Source: Lama glama
Taxonomy: Eukaryota
Assembly (NCBI GenBank): GCA_028534125.1
Contig: CM052817.1
Location: forward strand, 1,800,001-1,860,000
Length of the DNA stretch: 60,000 nucleotides
Direction of reading: 5' to 3'
Positions within the stretch are counted from its first letter, which is position 1; each line of letters begins with the position of its first letter. The position numbers and the translations under genes were made by a program. Under the pieces are notes generated by a model. It did no database searches. It was not told the origin of the DNA and saw nothing but the letters and a program-made list of their open reading frames with translations. Shown here piece after piece: positions 22,003 to 36,541 of this stretch.

Positions 22003-23595
22003 GTTTTTTTTTTTAATTGAAGTATAGTTGATTTACAATGTTTCTGGCATACAGCAAAGTGATTCAGTTTTATGTGTGTCTGTGTGTGTATATATGTGTG
22101 TATATATATATATATATTCTTTTTCAGGTTCTTTTCCTTTATAGGTTATTACAAGATACTGAATATAGTTCCCTGTGCTGTACAGTGGGTCTTCTTTATT
22201 TTATATATAGTGGTATGTATCTCTTAATCCCAAATTCCAAATTTATCCCTCCCCCTCCCCTTTCCCTTTTGGTAACCATAAGTTTGTTTTCTATGTCTGT
22301 GAGTCTGTTTCTGTTTTGTAGATAAGTTCATTTGTATCATTTTTAGATTCCACAAGTAAATGATATAATATGATATTTGTCTTTCTCTGTCTGACTTCAC
22401 TTAGTATGATCATCTTGAGGTCCATCCATTTTGCTGCAAATGTCATTATTTCATTCTTTTTTATGGCTGAGTAGTATTCCACTGTGTACATACACCACAT
22501 CTTCTTTATCCAGTCATCTGTTCATAGACATTTAGGTTGCTTCCATGTTCTTGGCTATTGTAAATAGTGCTGCTGTGAACATTGGGGTATATGCATCCTT
22601 TTGAATTAGAGTTTTTTCTTTTTTGGATATATGCCCAGGAGTGGGATTGCTGGATCATATCGTAAGTCTATTTTTAGTTTTTGAAAGAACTTCCATACTG
22701 GTTTCCATAGTGGCTGTACCTGTTTACATTCCCATCAACAGTGTAGGAGGGTTCCCTTTTCTCCACACCCTCTCCAGCATTTACTATTTGTAGACTTAAA
22801 AAAAATTTTTTTTTAAATTGAAGTACAGCCGGTTTACAATGTTGTGTCAATTTCTGGTGTATTTATGGACTTTTTGGTGATGGCCGTTCTGACCGATGTG
22901 AGGTGGTACCTCACTGTAGTTTTGATTTACATCTCTCTAGTAATTAGTGATGTTGAGGGTCTTTTCATGTACCTGTTGTCCATCTGCATGTCTTCTATGG
23001 AGAAATGTCTAGGTCTTCTGCCCATTTTTTGGTTGGCTTGTTTGTTTTTTTGATATTGAGCTGTATGAGCTGATGGTCTATTTTGGGAATGAATCCTTTG
23101 TCAGTCACATTGTTTGCAAATATTTTCTCCCGTCCTGTAGGTTGTCTTTCCGTTTTGTTTATGGTTTCCTTTGCTGTGCTAAAGCTTCTAAGTTCAATTA
23201 GGTCCTATTTGTTTTTTTTGCTTTTGTTTCCATTGCTGTAGGAGACGGACTGAAATTTACGTCAGAGTGTCCTGCTTACGTTTTCCTCCAGGAGTTTTAT
23301 GCTATCTGGTCTTACGTTTAGGTCTTTAATCCCTTTTGCGTTTATGTGTGGATATGGTGTTAGAGAATGTTCTAATTTCATTCTTTCACAGGTAGCTGTC
23401 CACCTTTCCCAGCACCGCTTATTGCAGAGACTGTCTTTTCTCCATTGTGTATTCTTGCCTTCTTTGTCATAGATCAATTGACAATAAGTGCGTGGGTTTA
23501 TTTCTGGACTTACTGTGCTGTTCCATTGGTCTGTGTGTCTGCTTTGTGCCAGCACCATGCTGTTTTGATCACTGTAGCTTTGCAGTAGTCTGAGG
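22003..23595 (-). mobile_element. Relatively young 5'-truncated L1 (3' UTR plus ORF2 C-terminus)
   Basis: Poly-T then aattgaagtatagttgatttacaatg. ORFs 22291..22500 (EYYSAIKKNEIM) and 23262..23558 (DQWN...[13 protein letters not shown]) are L1 ORF2p-like. (TG)n(TA)n microsatellite at about 22072-22116. Confidence 0.93.
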
Positions 23596-24027
23596 CCATG
23601 CCCTGACTTTTCTATGGAGCCGTGTTGTATAGGAAACCCTGGATTGGGCTCATCCCCGCCTCCCTCATCCTCCTAATCAGGCTGTTTATCTTCTGTCATT
23701 TGGCTAAGAAGTCTTGCTAGGAGGCTTTTGAGAGAGGCTCCGAGCATGGGGCCTATTGCTTGCTGTTTGGGGGTATGGAAGCAATTAGCTGTTGTCAGAC
23801 AGTATTTTATACCTAATCGTGTGAGGTCCGTGTGGTGTGCTGACTGCTGTCAGTTAATGGGATCTGGGGAGAGGATGCAGCTTGGCACGTACGGTAGGTG
23901 TGGTAGGATTGTGCCTCATTGAGCCACATGCGCCCTCGTCCGCGTCATCCTGGACGAGCACTGTTTGCACTGCAGTTTCTCCTCCTTTCTAACGTGCAGA
24001 ACCAGGCGCCTTAGCAACATCCCTTGA

Positions 24028-24303
<276 letters not shown>

Positions 24304-24702
24304 TAACTGCACTTTTCACTTACAGTGAGAATAACACCCTTGCGTATCTTCGTCCTCAGTGGGCAGTATTCTTCGTCTCCCTTCCCATACTTCTGGCTGT
24401 ATGTGTCAAGGATATCCAGACACTGGGATGAGGAATGTTTCCTTTGTGGAGTCTCACACAGAATAATTGTGACCGTTATGTTTAATTAGCACTCCTGGTA
24501 GTTGAAATCACTTACACGTCACCTTTTATTTGATATTTGCACATTATTGCAGGGTTTGGAACGGTGCGGGCCTGTCCAGGAGCCTGTCCAGTCATCGTGG
24601 TCTTCCGCTGGCTTTCGTTTGGCACTCGGCTGCTTCTGTCTCTGCCGGGGTGCTCGCGCCCCCAGCGTGGCTTCTGCCTGCTCCTCGCGCCTCTGGGCGT
24701 CG

Positions 24703-24814
24703 CGGGCAGTTGACTGGGGGCCGGCCTCCCAGCTGGGCCTTTCTCCGGGGGTGATCTCGGGCAGTTGATGAGGCCGGCCTCCCGGCTGGGCCTTACTTGG
24801 GGTGACCCGGCAGC
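24703..24814. repeat. Imperfect tandem duplication, about 55-bp unit x2
   Basis: cgggcagttga...ggccggcctccc(a/g)gctgggcctt...ggggtga starts at 24703 and 24758. Confidence 0.8.
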
Positions 24815-25102
24815 ACCTCTGGTGTGGCTTCTTTGCTAGCTCTGTTTACTCTCTTCGCTTTTGACTCTCTGTCTTCTGCCTGTTGTTTCTGGTGGCTGTG
24901 GACGGTCGATATTCAGTCCTGTTTCTGAAGGCCGAATAGGAGACAGATGTCCCTATGATTTCTGAATTCTGTTACTCAGATGGGCATGTGTGAAATACTT
25001 CTCCCTTGGTTTTTCTTTCCTTTGGAATAAATCATTCATGTTATTTTTCTGCTGGAAGCTGGAAAGAGCTCTCTGTAACCTGCTAGAAGAAGCTCTGAGA
25101 AT

Positions 25103-25610
25103 TGTCGATGAAAATAATCAATAAATAATCGGTAATAGGAATAGAAAAAACTTTTATCTGAGCCAAACTGAGGACGATAGCCCGGAAGACAGCCTCTCAG
25201 ATCACTCTGAGAAACTGCTGCGGGAAAGCAGGGTTTTCAGCACAGTTTTGTATCTTATCAGAACAAAGAACATCAAACAAGTCAGGGATACATTCCTTCA
25301 AGGTTGCAAAACAAACAAACAAACAGATCTGCACATACAGAAGGGCTTTGGCGCCTGTAGAGAGAGTCTTGTCATCAGAGGAGGACCAGCAGGGGCGTCC
25401 CAGGACGGGAGGCATTTAGTCTTTATTTTTAACATGGACATTCTTTACTTCTGGTCAGTGTGCCCTTTTCTTTAATGATGAAAGCAGACGTACAGCGTAT
25501 GTCTGAGAGGCCACAGACAGGCTGCTATAGTCAGCACCAAATTCAAGTTGACTTGTGTATAGGCCAGAATGACCTCCCCAGACCTCGGTATGTGAACATT
25601 TCTTTTCTCA
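25103..25610 (-). mobile_element. ERV1-type solo LTR in intron 2
   Basis: TG...CA, 508 bp, perfect 4-bp TSD GAAT (25099-25102/25611-25614). Related to the LTR at 7536. Confidence 0.85.
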
Positions 25611-28242
25611 GAATAGTAATCTTGATTTTAGTACTGGCAGAAACTTGGTGATTCACTTATTTTTGATGGCACCTTGCTTTTGTATTTTATACTTTCAAAG
25701 TGATTTCAGAATACTTCGTTTTAGATGAACTCATTCCTTTTGTGAGATACCGTGGGTGATTTTTGTTTCTATCTAATTTGTAGAAATGTTGTAGGAAGAC
25801 AATGAAGTGACAGTGACAGATCTCTGTGCGCCACCACACTACTTCCCTCTAGATTTCTTTATCATAAAGTTGAATTCTGGCTAAATTAATCCATAAATTT
25901 AAAATGATTGATCAGAATTCTAGTAGGGGTATTATGCAACTTACTTGTCTGCAAGAGTAAATACATAAATGTTGCAAAGAAAATCTGAAACCGTTAGTCA
26001 TATGGTGAGACCCAGTATACGTGGCGTTAAAAGCAGGCGTCAGAGAAGATGCAGAGTAGGAAGCGGGAAAGTGTGTGTGTGTGAGTTTGTGGCAAAAGCA
26101 GTGTCTGTGCTGGTGTGGAAAGGGGGGACTATTGCCTCAACCGTCTGTTTAGGTGAAGGAAAACTATGTCTCCTTCATATTGCAAACAAACAGAAATGCC
26201 AGGCTAATTTAAAAAAATGAAGTCATTACTACAGAAAGAACATTTAATCTTAGGCTGTGGAATGCTAACAGTAAAAGGAAAACGTTTTATCTGGAGTATA
26301 GTTCAGAATGTCAAAATCCACTTTAAACTTAAAAGTACCTAAATTCAACTTGAGGAAATATGATACGCATATTGACAGCATGTATATCAAAGGCTTAATA
26401 GCTTCTAAAAGAGTGGTTGTAAGTCATGAAGAAAAAGACCATCATCCTAGTAGGGAAATATAGGCAAAGGCCGCGAGGCGGTAATTGGGAAAAGAAGAAC
26501 TGTGACTGGGCCAGTAAATATGGCGGCTAACGCTGACTTTGTGCCTCCTTTGGAAAACGCTAGTATTTACTAGTAACCAGTGAACTGGGACTAAAACAAA
26601 ACTACGAACTTTTTAAACCTGTCAAATTGACAAGCATTAAAAAATACTCAGGATTTTGTCAGAGGTGATACCACCTTTTAAAAGGCAGTTTGGCAAACTC
26701 TGTCTGTGTCAGACTTGGCCGTTTCCCATCAGGAGCTTGTCGTTGGGAAGGTGTGATGCTGTCTGTGCAGTGCGCTTCATCCCGTTAGAAAATAAAAAGT
26801 AGTCTTAACACCTTATTCACAGGGGAACTGAAAAAAAAGTAAGATGATTTATGAAGGATGCTTTATAGATATTTATATTTGTGACCAGGAAAGATACCAA
26901 TAAGATGTTAAAAATTAGGTTAAAAAAATCTTGGAAGTTTTTTGCTTCTGGCTAAGAAGGATTTACCTTCCTGCCTAAAACAATGGATCAAATTTATGTA
27001 ACAATAGTTGTCAAGGCATCAGGCATCAGGCTCTTCTGGAAAAACTGAAGACTAATGCAGTGAGCCGTATTTCCCCAGATTATTGCCTGGAGGGAGTTTC
27101 CAGCCAGGACGCGAGGAGGGGAACCCAGGAGAGCCCAAAGGGTGCTGAGAGGAGGAGACAGAGCTGGTCGCCTCTGGAGGCAGGGTGGCCGGAGCCCGCT
27201 GGGGAGGGCACCAGTGAGGAGAGACTGCAGGAGTGGCCCCTGGAGCCCTCCGAGCGCCCTCATTCAGGTCTTCCCAGGGGTGCTGCACACACTGAGCCAG
27301 GGCCGGGGTGGAATCACCTGAAGGGGGTGGGAGGGAGCCAGTGCTGAGGCTCACACAGGGCAGGAAGAGCTCCTGTTCACAGCAGCCGGCGTGGACAGCC
27401 TCTCCTTCCCGGGGTGCGGAGCGAGCTCAGAGGGGTTTGCCTTCGTGACAGGGCGACGTCGCCCGAGACACAGATGTCATTCTGACCCTACCTAGTAAAG
27501 CTTAGAAGCAACACCCGAGATGGTCATACTCGTCCGGAGTAACCTGGTTGCATTCCAGAGCAAAGTTCAAGAATGTTTACAGGAATTCAGAAGGATATCA
27601 CACCCAACAAGATGGAAGTTACAAGGTCTGGGATCCAGTCAGAAATGGCCGAAGGCGCAGGGAAACGTGATCGGCGGTGAGAAAAGGCAGCTGAAGCTGA
27701 CCCAGCGATCGCCTGGGTGGCAAAATCTGCACACGAAAACGTTAAAACAATGACCACAACTGTTATTTCATGTGTTCAGGAAGCTGGAGAAAGGAGTGAA
27801 TGTGTTAAATAGGGACAAGACATGAGAAAGTCCTACTAAAGTGAACAAAAGCGAGAGTGCCGGCGCCGGAGGTCTGCGCAGCGAGTGTGCCGGGAGGGCC
27901 AGGCCCCGGAGCTCGGTCCGCCGTGGGAAAGCTCTCTCAGAAACACAGGTGGAGTAAAGACTCTTCCAGACACGCAAGAGCTGAGGTAATTGATGTCCAG
28001 CAGGCGACCGCTATGGAAGTAGTGAAGTGTTTCAGGTGGACGTTCTGGGTCTACACAGAGGACTGACAACAGCGGAAATGGTAACACTAGTGGGTAAATA
28101 AGAGGCTTTCCCTCTTACTTTTAGTCTTTAAAAATTTAGTTGATTGTTTACAGCAAAAATAGCTATATTAGGGGTTTATTGCACGTAGGAGCACTATGCA
28201 TGGCACAGTAGCATGCGGCCGGAACAGCCGAAGTGGAGGCGC

Positions 28243-28442
28243 GGGTGACCCTTGCACTACACGGAGTGGGTCCATTTATACATGGATTTTTCTTCAAAAG
28301 ACACTGCAGTGCTACCCAGTGCATGGTTGATTGAGTCTGGACTGGGGCCGGTGGATACCAGGGACCAACTATAAGTTATACGTGAATTTTCGACTTTGCA
28401 GAGGGTTGACGTTCCTAACCCCTGCGTTCAAGGCCCGGCTGT
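28243..28442. mobile_element. MER8-like Tigger MITE
   Basis: tgacccttg...gggtccatttatacatggattttt...cctaacccctgcgttcaagg. Confidence 0.65.
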
Positions 28443-28446
28443 GCAT

Positions 28447-28940
28447 TTGTGGTTGGCAGAGTGATGTCCCCTCCCTGCCGAGATACAGGTCCTAATCCCT
28501 GGAGGCCTGTGTGGACGTTACCTTGTAAGGGAAAGGGGTCTTTACAGATGTGATTAAGTTAAGGATCTTGAGATGGAGAGATTATCCTGGGTTGTCCAGG
28601 TGGACCTTACATGCAGTCATGTGTATACTTACAACGAGGAGGCAGAGGGGACATTCACACAGACGAGGTGCTGTGAAGATGGAGCAAAGACAGAGCTCAG
28701 GATGCTGGCCTGGAAGACCAGAGTGATGCAGCCAGGAGCGGCTGGCAGGGAAGCTGGAAGAGGACAGGAGCCGTTCTCCCTTAGCATCCCGGTGGGAGCA
28801 CAGCACCCCGGAACCCTGACTGCAGCTCGGTGATCCGCATCTTGGACATCTGGCCTCCAGAACTGAGAGGATGGGTTTCTGTGGTTTGAGCACCTCAGTT
28901 TCCAGTAGTTTGTTCCAGCAGCTGCAGGAAACCTGTCCCA
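28447..28940 (+). mobile_element. MaLR LTR (MLT1C/D-like)
   Basis: gatgtgattaagttaaggatcttgagatggagagattatcctgg...gacatctggcctccagaactg. Confidence 0.85.
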
Positions 28941-30424
28941 GTGCTGCTGTTAGCCTCTTGTCTCTGTGTGAGGTGGGGTACTGTCACCGAGCAGCTTGTG
29001 ACAGATCAGGGACATGCACTCTAGATTGTAAAGCAGCAATTGAAAACACAACCAAAAGTTATAGCTAATAAACTAAAAAAGGAGATAAAATGGAATCATA
29101 GCAATCAATACTCAGCCCCAAAGAAGGCAGGAAGAGAGAGAAAGGCATGTAAAGAGCACGTGGGACAGACAGCAACAGTGGTGTACTTAAACCTGGTTAT
29201 GCCAGTGATGTCATTACGTGTAAAAGCTTGTCAGGTCGGATGGAAAGCGAGACCCAGACATGCCGCCTACAGGACACTCATTAAATTAAATATAAATTCA
29301 CACAGGTTCACAGCAAAGAATGGCAGGAGGTTCAGCACGCTGACACTGATCGGATGGAAGCCAGGCTGGTTATATTGCAGGTGCAGTGGGTGTGTAACCC
29401 CAGGCTGCTGCTGGGACCAGGATGGTTATTTCCTAGTAACAGAGGCATCAGTTCGTCAGGTGGGCTGGACCTCATCTGGCCCAGGTGCTGATGGACTTAC
29501 GCACAGAGCTTCAAAAATGCACGAAGCACAGCCTGACGGAGCGCAAGGAAAAGTAGACAGACAGAGTTACGGGCAGATATTTCAATGGCTGCTCTCAGAA
29601 ATTCTTAAAATTTGGATCTAGAAGGCTTGAAAAGCACCACCCACGTGTGTGTCCTAGTTGACGTTTTATGGAGACTCCATGCAGGACGGCAGAAGACATT
29701 CTTCCCAGGTGCTCCCAGGACGCTTGCCAAGAAAGACCGCACGCTGGGCCGTAGGACAGCTCTCTAGGGGTAAGAGGACTGAAATGCAGTGGTTCTCTGA
29801 CCTCAGTGTAATTGGAATCTATTACAGAAAGGTCGTCTGGAAAAGCCCCAAATATGTGGAAAACAAATAACACGTTTCCACATGGCCCGTGGGCCAGAGG
29901 AGAAGTCAAAGGGAAATTTGAAAGTATTTTGAATTGATTGAAAATAAAAACTAAAGATTTTAGAGCTTGCGGTGTGCTGCTGCCGCATGTTAAAGGGACA
30001 TTTATAGCACAAAATGCCTGGTAAAGAAAGGCATCAGGCAGCAACGCAGCTTTCACCTTAGGAAACTCAAAGAGCAGGTGAAGCCCAAATTTAGCAGGAG
30101 AACAGACATGGTAAGAACAAATGTCAGAATTAAAAACCGAGAAGCATGTAGACAACCAGTAAAGCCAGAAGGGGGTTCTTTGAGAATGTCAATAAAATTT
30201 GCAAGACTGATCAGGAAGGAAATAGTGAGGCCACAGGTTCCCGGTGTCTGGAATGAGGGGACGGTGTCAGCCCAGGCGCCACAGGCACTCAGGACTGTCA
30301 GGCAGAGTTACAAGCTGTGCCAGTAAACTCACTCTTGATCAAGGATCTTGAAAGACAAACTTCTAAAGCTCTCTCAAGAGGAAACAGATAATCTAAGTAG
30401 CCCTGAATCTGCTTTATTAAAATC

Positions 30425-30778
30425 AAGTTTAAAAATTGATATACGGTGTAGTGATTAGAGAGCTCTTAAGCACGGTTAGGAACGGTGTGTAAACGTACTT
30501 TTTCCTTTTTGAAGAGTGAAAGATGATTGGCATGTAAGACCATGAGCCTGAGGTGCACATGCTGGTGGGATGTATTTACGCAGTGCGATGTGGGTTCGCC
30601 ACAGTGTTAGCTGACACCTTTATCATGGAGCGTCATTACCGTTTCTGTTTTTGTGTTGAGAACAGTTAAGATCTAGTCTCTTAGCAACTTTGACGTTTAA
30701 AACACAGTATTATTGACTGTAATCACTAAACTGTGCATTGGGTCTCCAGAATTTATTTATCTCCTAGTTGCAAGTGAG
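30425..30778 (-). mobile_element. L1MA-like 3' end fragment
   Basis: aagatctagtctcttagcaacttt...acagtattattgactgtaatcac...tctccagaatttatt. Confidence 0.7.
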
Positions 30779-31789
30779 CCTTTTTTAACTGAAATCCATG
30801 TACAAATAAAATATTTCTGATGAAAATTTTGTGTCAGAATTGAGATGTGCTGTAAGAAAGATTGTTGTCTTGTGTATCACAGTAATTTCTTCATATTGAT
30901 TACATGTTGAAGTAGTAGTAATATTGGACGTACTGGATTAAATGAAGCATAATACTGATTTTACCTGCTCTTACTGTTGTGTCTTTCGGAAAGTGTGAAA
31001 TTGCACACAGAGCGCCCGTCCCCTTGCACGGGCACCCCGCTGGGAGAGCTGCGCACACTGGGCCGGCCCCTGGGGCCCTCTCCCCGGCTCTTTGTCCAGA
31101 GCTTGCTCCGCAGAGATGAGTCTGACGTGTTGCGGGGAGGCCCGTCGCGTTTCTTGCTCGTGTTTGTGTGCTGGTCATCGCTGATGTGGTCCTTCGCTTT
31201 CTCTTAGGCTACAGGGCGAGGCCTCCCTTTCAGAGGACTCGAGTTAGATCATGGAGCTGCGCTCTGGTTCGGATGTTTCAAGAACGGCAGCCCTTTCAGG
31301 ATTGCTGTGTTACCGCCTGGCCGCACTTCACCGCACTGCGAAGTCAGTTCCATGCACACAGCGTGTGTCTTCCTCGGCTGTGCTGAGCCAGTTCGGTCAC
31401 AGCTCCCTGAACAGTCTCTCTCAGTTAAACTTGTAAAAGCCATTTACTAACATCGCACAGCTTCCAGCTGAGACTGAGACAAAACAGCCTCACCACGATG
31501 GTGTCGAGTCCGCAGTGATGCGGGGTTACACTTTGGAGTGCACTGAAAGCAAGATTAAGAAGGAGTAAAAGGGTTATATTGCTACACCGAATTTCCAGAT
31601 TCCAGGAATATTATAAGTAAAAGTAACTTGTTGGCAGAGGGCAGATGCCTATCTGGAGTTTTAAGTATCTGAAGCCATGTCTTTTTAAAAATTGAGTTGA
31701 AATACTCACAAAGCAGTGTCTTTTAAGACTTTTTAACTAAAACAAAATGAGATTGCCTTGCAAGTACAACCTCTTCCTCTAAAAAAATT

Positions 31790-32235
<446 letters not shown>

Positions 32236-35200
32236 TGACCATTGCAGGCCGAGAGAAGAAAGCGGAATTCAGCCTTCCTTTGTTTTGAGGGGCCGAGCCC
32301 CTCGGGACGTCTGCTCTGGTTTCAGTCGTGGTGTGTGGTTTGGGTGCTCTCCGGCGTCTGCGGTGAGCTTGCTGCCGGTACTGAACCAGAGGAGCTGTGT
32401 TTGCCCTTACTCTGCGTGGGACATTGGCCAGGGGTGGGCACTGATGATGCCCGCTGGGTGCCGTTGGGGAAAGTGTCACTTTGTTTGGGTGTGGTGCAGC
32501 GAAACCCAAGGCCCTGAGGAGGCAGGGGGCGGGGCGTGGAATCTGCCTGTGGTGTCACTCTCCTGCGGCTGCCTAGGCCTGGGTCGGGGTGCCGCTTGCA
32601 GGTAAAGGTGTGCCTCTGCAGGAGCTTAGCGGGAGTAGTGCGACCTGAGTGGGAGGTAGGAGTTCCCAGAAAGGGTTGACGAAGCCACCTGGGGGTGGGG
32701 GACACCTGTCCTCCCCTCTTACCCTGTCCTGATGCGGAGTTTGTACTCGAGGTCACCGCAGCTCTAATCCACCCTCCTCTTTTTCTGTTTTCTGCTCCTA
32801 TTGAAGATAAAATCCTTCCATAATTTTTAATGTATTGGGAAACTGTTCTTTTTCTCATTCTGCCCTTCTCGTAGTTCATGTCCCCAGCCATCCTGGTCAC
32901 CTCCTTCTGGGGCCCCTTTGAGCTTGTGAATGAGCCTCTTGAATTTCGTGTCCAGGAGTAGATAGTGGCCCCACTGTAGGGTGGCCGGCGCCGAGGAAGC
33001 TTCTCCAGCATGGTTCTCAGCACTTTCTCCGGAAACAGTTTCTTGATGATTGTTGAGGAGAAAATGTACCTTGTTACCTTCTCTGCAGGGATCCTTGTTT
33101 ATTGGGCCTTCCCGGTTTTTACTGTTTTCCCCTGTCTTGAGTTCTTCCTGTGAAATTTAAGGAAGACCACATCTTTTCCTTTTCCTTGAAGGCTCTCTTC
33201 CTTGTAATACTTGGCCAGATGAACCAAGAGCTCCAGCCTAACTATTTGCTTTTTGTTAGGGTCTTGAAAAACAGCAGTGCTCTTTGGAGTCTCCCCCTGG
33301 GCCTTGCACTTCATGCTCCCGCTTGGCTCCCTCCTCCCACGGGGATAGAGGGTCCGGGGCCCTTTAACCTTCTCTCCATGCCAGGTGGTCGGCGCTGACG
33401 CTCGCCTGTGCTGGGCCCCACAGCACACTGCAGGTGGACTTTCTCAGTTACACTTGCTTCTCTCCAGGCCTCAGTATCTTTGCAGCTTTTATTATTTCCA
33501 CTGGCAGGAGCAGGCTAGGCTTTTCCTGATGTTTCAGTTTTTAAACTGTGATCCTCAGAGTCAGGAAACCTGAAGAGGGCATGGTAGGAGCGGACGAGGA
33601 AGGCCGAGAACAGAATGACCCTGACAGAAAGCGGTTGTTTTGCATGGGGACCGTCTGCTGCGGAGAGACCTGCTTCCAGGAGCTGCTGGGCAGAGTGGCT
33701 TGCGTGTGTGTCTGGGGTCGTGGGCCATGGCCCTAGGCCGTAGCTTTGGGTCCTGGTTCTCTCCTGGCCATCTCCCTGCGCCTTTCCCACGTCCTCTGCT
33801 TTATTTCTAGTCCCCTCGTGCAGAGGTCCCAGCTCCTCCTGTTTTGCCCCTGAACGTAAGACAAGGTCTGTATCGCTGAACCTCTTCTTTCTGCCTAAAG
33901 TTGGGCATAACGAGGTTTGGCTTTGCTCAGATGTCTGCTTCCTCAGACGTGCTTGTCTCGGGGGTCCACAGGCTGGGAGCGGGACCAGGGTCTGGCTTGA
34001 TGTGCCCTTGCCCTGGCAGAGGCAGGAGGGCCTGGAGAGTGTGGATGGCCCCAGGCCCTGTGTCAGGGGTGGGCAGGAACACAGGAATGGGTGCTTAGGA
34101 GTCAGGTCCTGGACTTCTGTCTTCTGTTTTTGTTTTTGTTTTTTCCTTTGAGTTTGTTACATGCTTATGGTGAGGACCAGACTCTGTGGGCCAAGAAAAT
34201 GGGGCACATTTGGCTTTTCATTTACATAGGAGAATATACTGGGGATCTGATTCAGCCTGACAGTGTGCACCTACCTTCAGATAACTTACAGTCTCAGGTG
34301 GGGAAGCGCGTTTATACAGAAGTAACTCAGTACGTGGAATAAGTCCTAAGGTCAGAGAAGTAGTTGCCAGCTCCTCATGGCGGTCAGGGGCGGAGATGAT
34401 TTCTGTCTGGGAGGCAGGGCAGGCTTCCTGGCTGATGAGTGAGCGGACTCAGGACCTTCCTGACTGCGGCAGGCTCAGAGGAGGGTGACCCCTGTGAGTG
34501 CTGCAGAGAATGGGAAGTACTAGGGTCAGTTCGGCGGTTTGTCTTGACTTGGTAGAGAATGAAGAACATGAAGATGTCTTGAAGATCTTTAATGTGTCAG
34601 AGGAGTGCTTCGTGTGGAAGAGTTGCCTGGGGATGACATGTGGCCTGGCTTGGAGTGGAGAGAGACCCTTGCACCCAGAATCCCATCAGGGAGGCCAAGG
34701 AGTCCAGGGGAGAGAAAGTGCAGTCTTGAGCTAGGACGGTGGCGTGAGAGTGCGAGAGGGGGCAGATGGGCTGTTACGGGCTGCAGTCGGCCGCTGTGCG
34801 TGTCCGCTTGGTGTGGATGTGGGGTCGGGAGCAGGGAGGGCCCAGGTGGCTTGTCACCATCTCGCTGCCCTGTGCTGCTGTCAGGGGTCTGGGGGTTAGT
34901 TTTCTTTTGTAATAAAATAAGCTTGATATATTAGTTTATAAAGCACGTATGAAAGGAAACAAAACTTTGATATACCTTCTGGTTTTGTTGGCAAGGTAGT
35001 GTTTTAATATATGTGTGTCCGCTTTGGTGTGCTTATTTAAGGAATTTTAGCACAAACTGAAACAGCAGATTAAGATTTAAACATTTCTGTGATATCGTTA
35101 CCCTTCAGACCCTCCCAAAACGTCACCCTGTTTTGACTTTCAAGCTTGCTGAGCCTTCTCGAGTATTCCCGAGAGCAGCTTGGTTTGTGAACATCACATT

Positions 35201-36002
35201 AAAGGAAGAGGGCTTTCCGACGGTGGCTTGGTCACGTCTTCCCTCTCTTCTTGGTGGACAGGCCATTGGCAACACAGTTTTAAAAGAGAGGTTCCCATGG
35301 GTGGGAGTGGGGCCCAGAAATCTTTCCTTCCGTTTTAAGAAGCCGTCTCTAACGTGGACTTTGTGCTGCTGGTGGTGGTTACCATCAGCCATTCTTACTG
35401 GGTTGAGGTTGGCCGTGGAGCCAGTTTTTGATTCGTCCTGTAAGCCAGCAGAAGGGGCAAGAAATGTGCTTTGAGGAGCCTAAGGCTCCAGCAGGCTCAG
35501 AGCATCGCCGGGTCCATGGGCCTGGGACACCCTTGTGTCTGGGGAAGAGCAGACCTTCGGAGAGGATGTGGGATTCTGCTTTGAGAGCTGTGTCCCCATG
35601 CCAGAGCCAGGGGCCCTGAACCTAGACGTCCGTCCCTGCCCTGCCGGCTCCGCAGATTCCAGGGCGTTGCTCATGCTGGATCATACAACAGAATGTGCTT
35701 TAATTGACTATAAGGGCTTGAGAATGAATTTGAACTACTGTTTAATTTTGATATTATGTAGTATTTGATTGTAATAAAAGTTACATTTTTTTCCTTCCAT
35801 TTTTACAATTCAAGTGAACGTATTTAGTCTGTTTGGTAACTTTCTTCAGTTATATGCTTCTTTCTTAATGAACAGGTTCTCAGTTTAGTTGTCAGTGTAT
35901 TCTACTTTGCCCCCAGATTGAAGTTTTGGTTGCCTTTTGGCTTTCTTTGGAACTGCTAATGGAATGCGCCTTCACGGACAAACGTCTTGTGTTTGGTTGC
36001 AG

Positions 36003-36062
36003 GCTTTGATGGATTCTAATCTCCCAAGGTTACAGTTAGAACTCTACAAGGAAATTAAAAAG
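36003..36062 (+). CDS. HTT: HTT exon 4
   Basis: ttgcag|GCTTTG; ALMDSNLPRLQLELYKEIKK; |gtaggc; 60 nt. Confidence 0.97.
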
Positions 36063-36451
36063 GTAGGCTTTTGTTTTCCATTACTGAGAGAATGCTGCTG
36101 TTTTCACTGTACTGAGCGGTATGTGTGACAGTTTGTCTTTTATTTAATAAGTAAAAATTTTGGAAGGAAGTAAGTGCTGTTTGGTAAAGTAGGCTTTGTT
36201 GTCTTAATCTCTTCAAAAGTTACTCTTCATTAGTTATTAGATGAGATGGGAATTGAAAGTGGTAATTTAAAAAAATCTTTATAATTGCAGCCCATTAGAC
36301 TTTAAAATTTCAAAAGTACTTACACATTTAAGTGGCCTTTTCTTTAAAAATAGAGATGAACAGTGAAAAGAGAAGGTTTTTTTGTTTGTTTGTTTGAAGT
36401 TCTCTTGGTGACTAGTGTCCGTGTCTCTCAAAAGTAACACACGCTCATTAA

Positions 36452-36541
<90 letters not shown>

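Larger units (their letters stand above)
26200..30420 (+). mobile_element. Cluster of decayed L1 fragments (5'UTR, ORF1, ORF2) with nested insertions
   Basis: ORF2-like motifs such as aaagggacatttatagcacaaaatgcc, ttcaccttaggaaact, gcaagactgatcagg, ctcaagaggaaacagataatct. Confidence 0.7.

Noticed and set aside
29040..30155. 193-aa and 186-aa ORFs
   Set aside because: Decayed L1 ORF2 region and its antisense; no intact endonuclease or RT domain.
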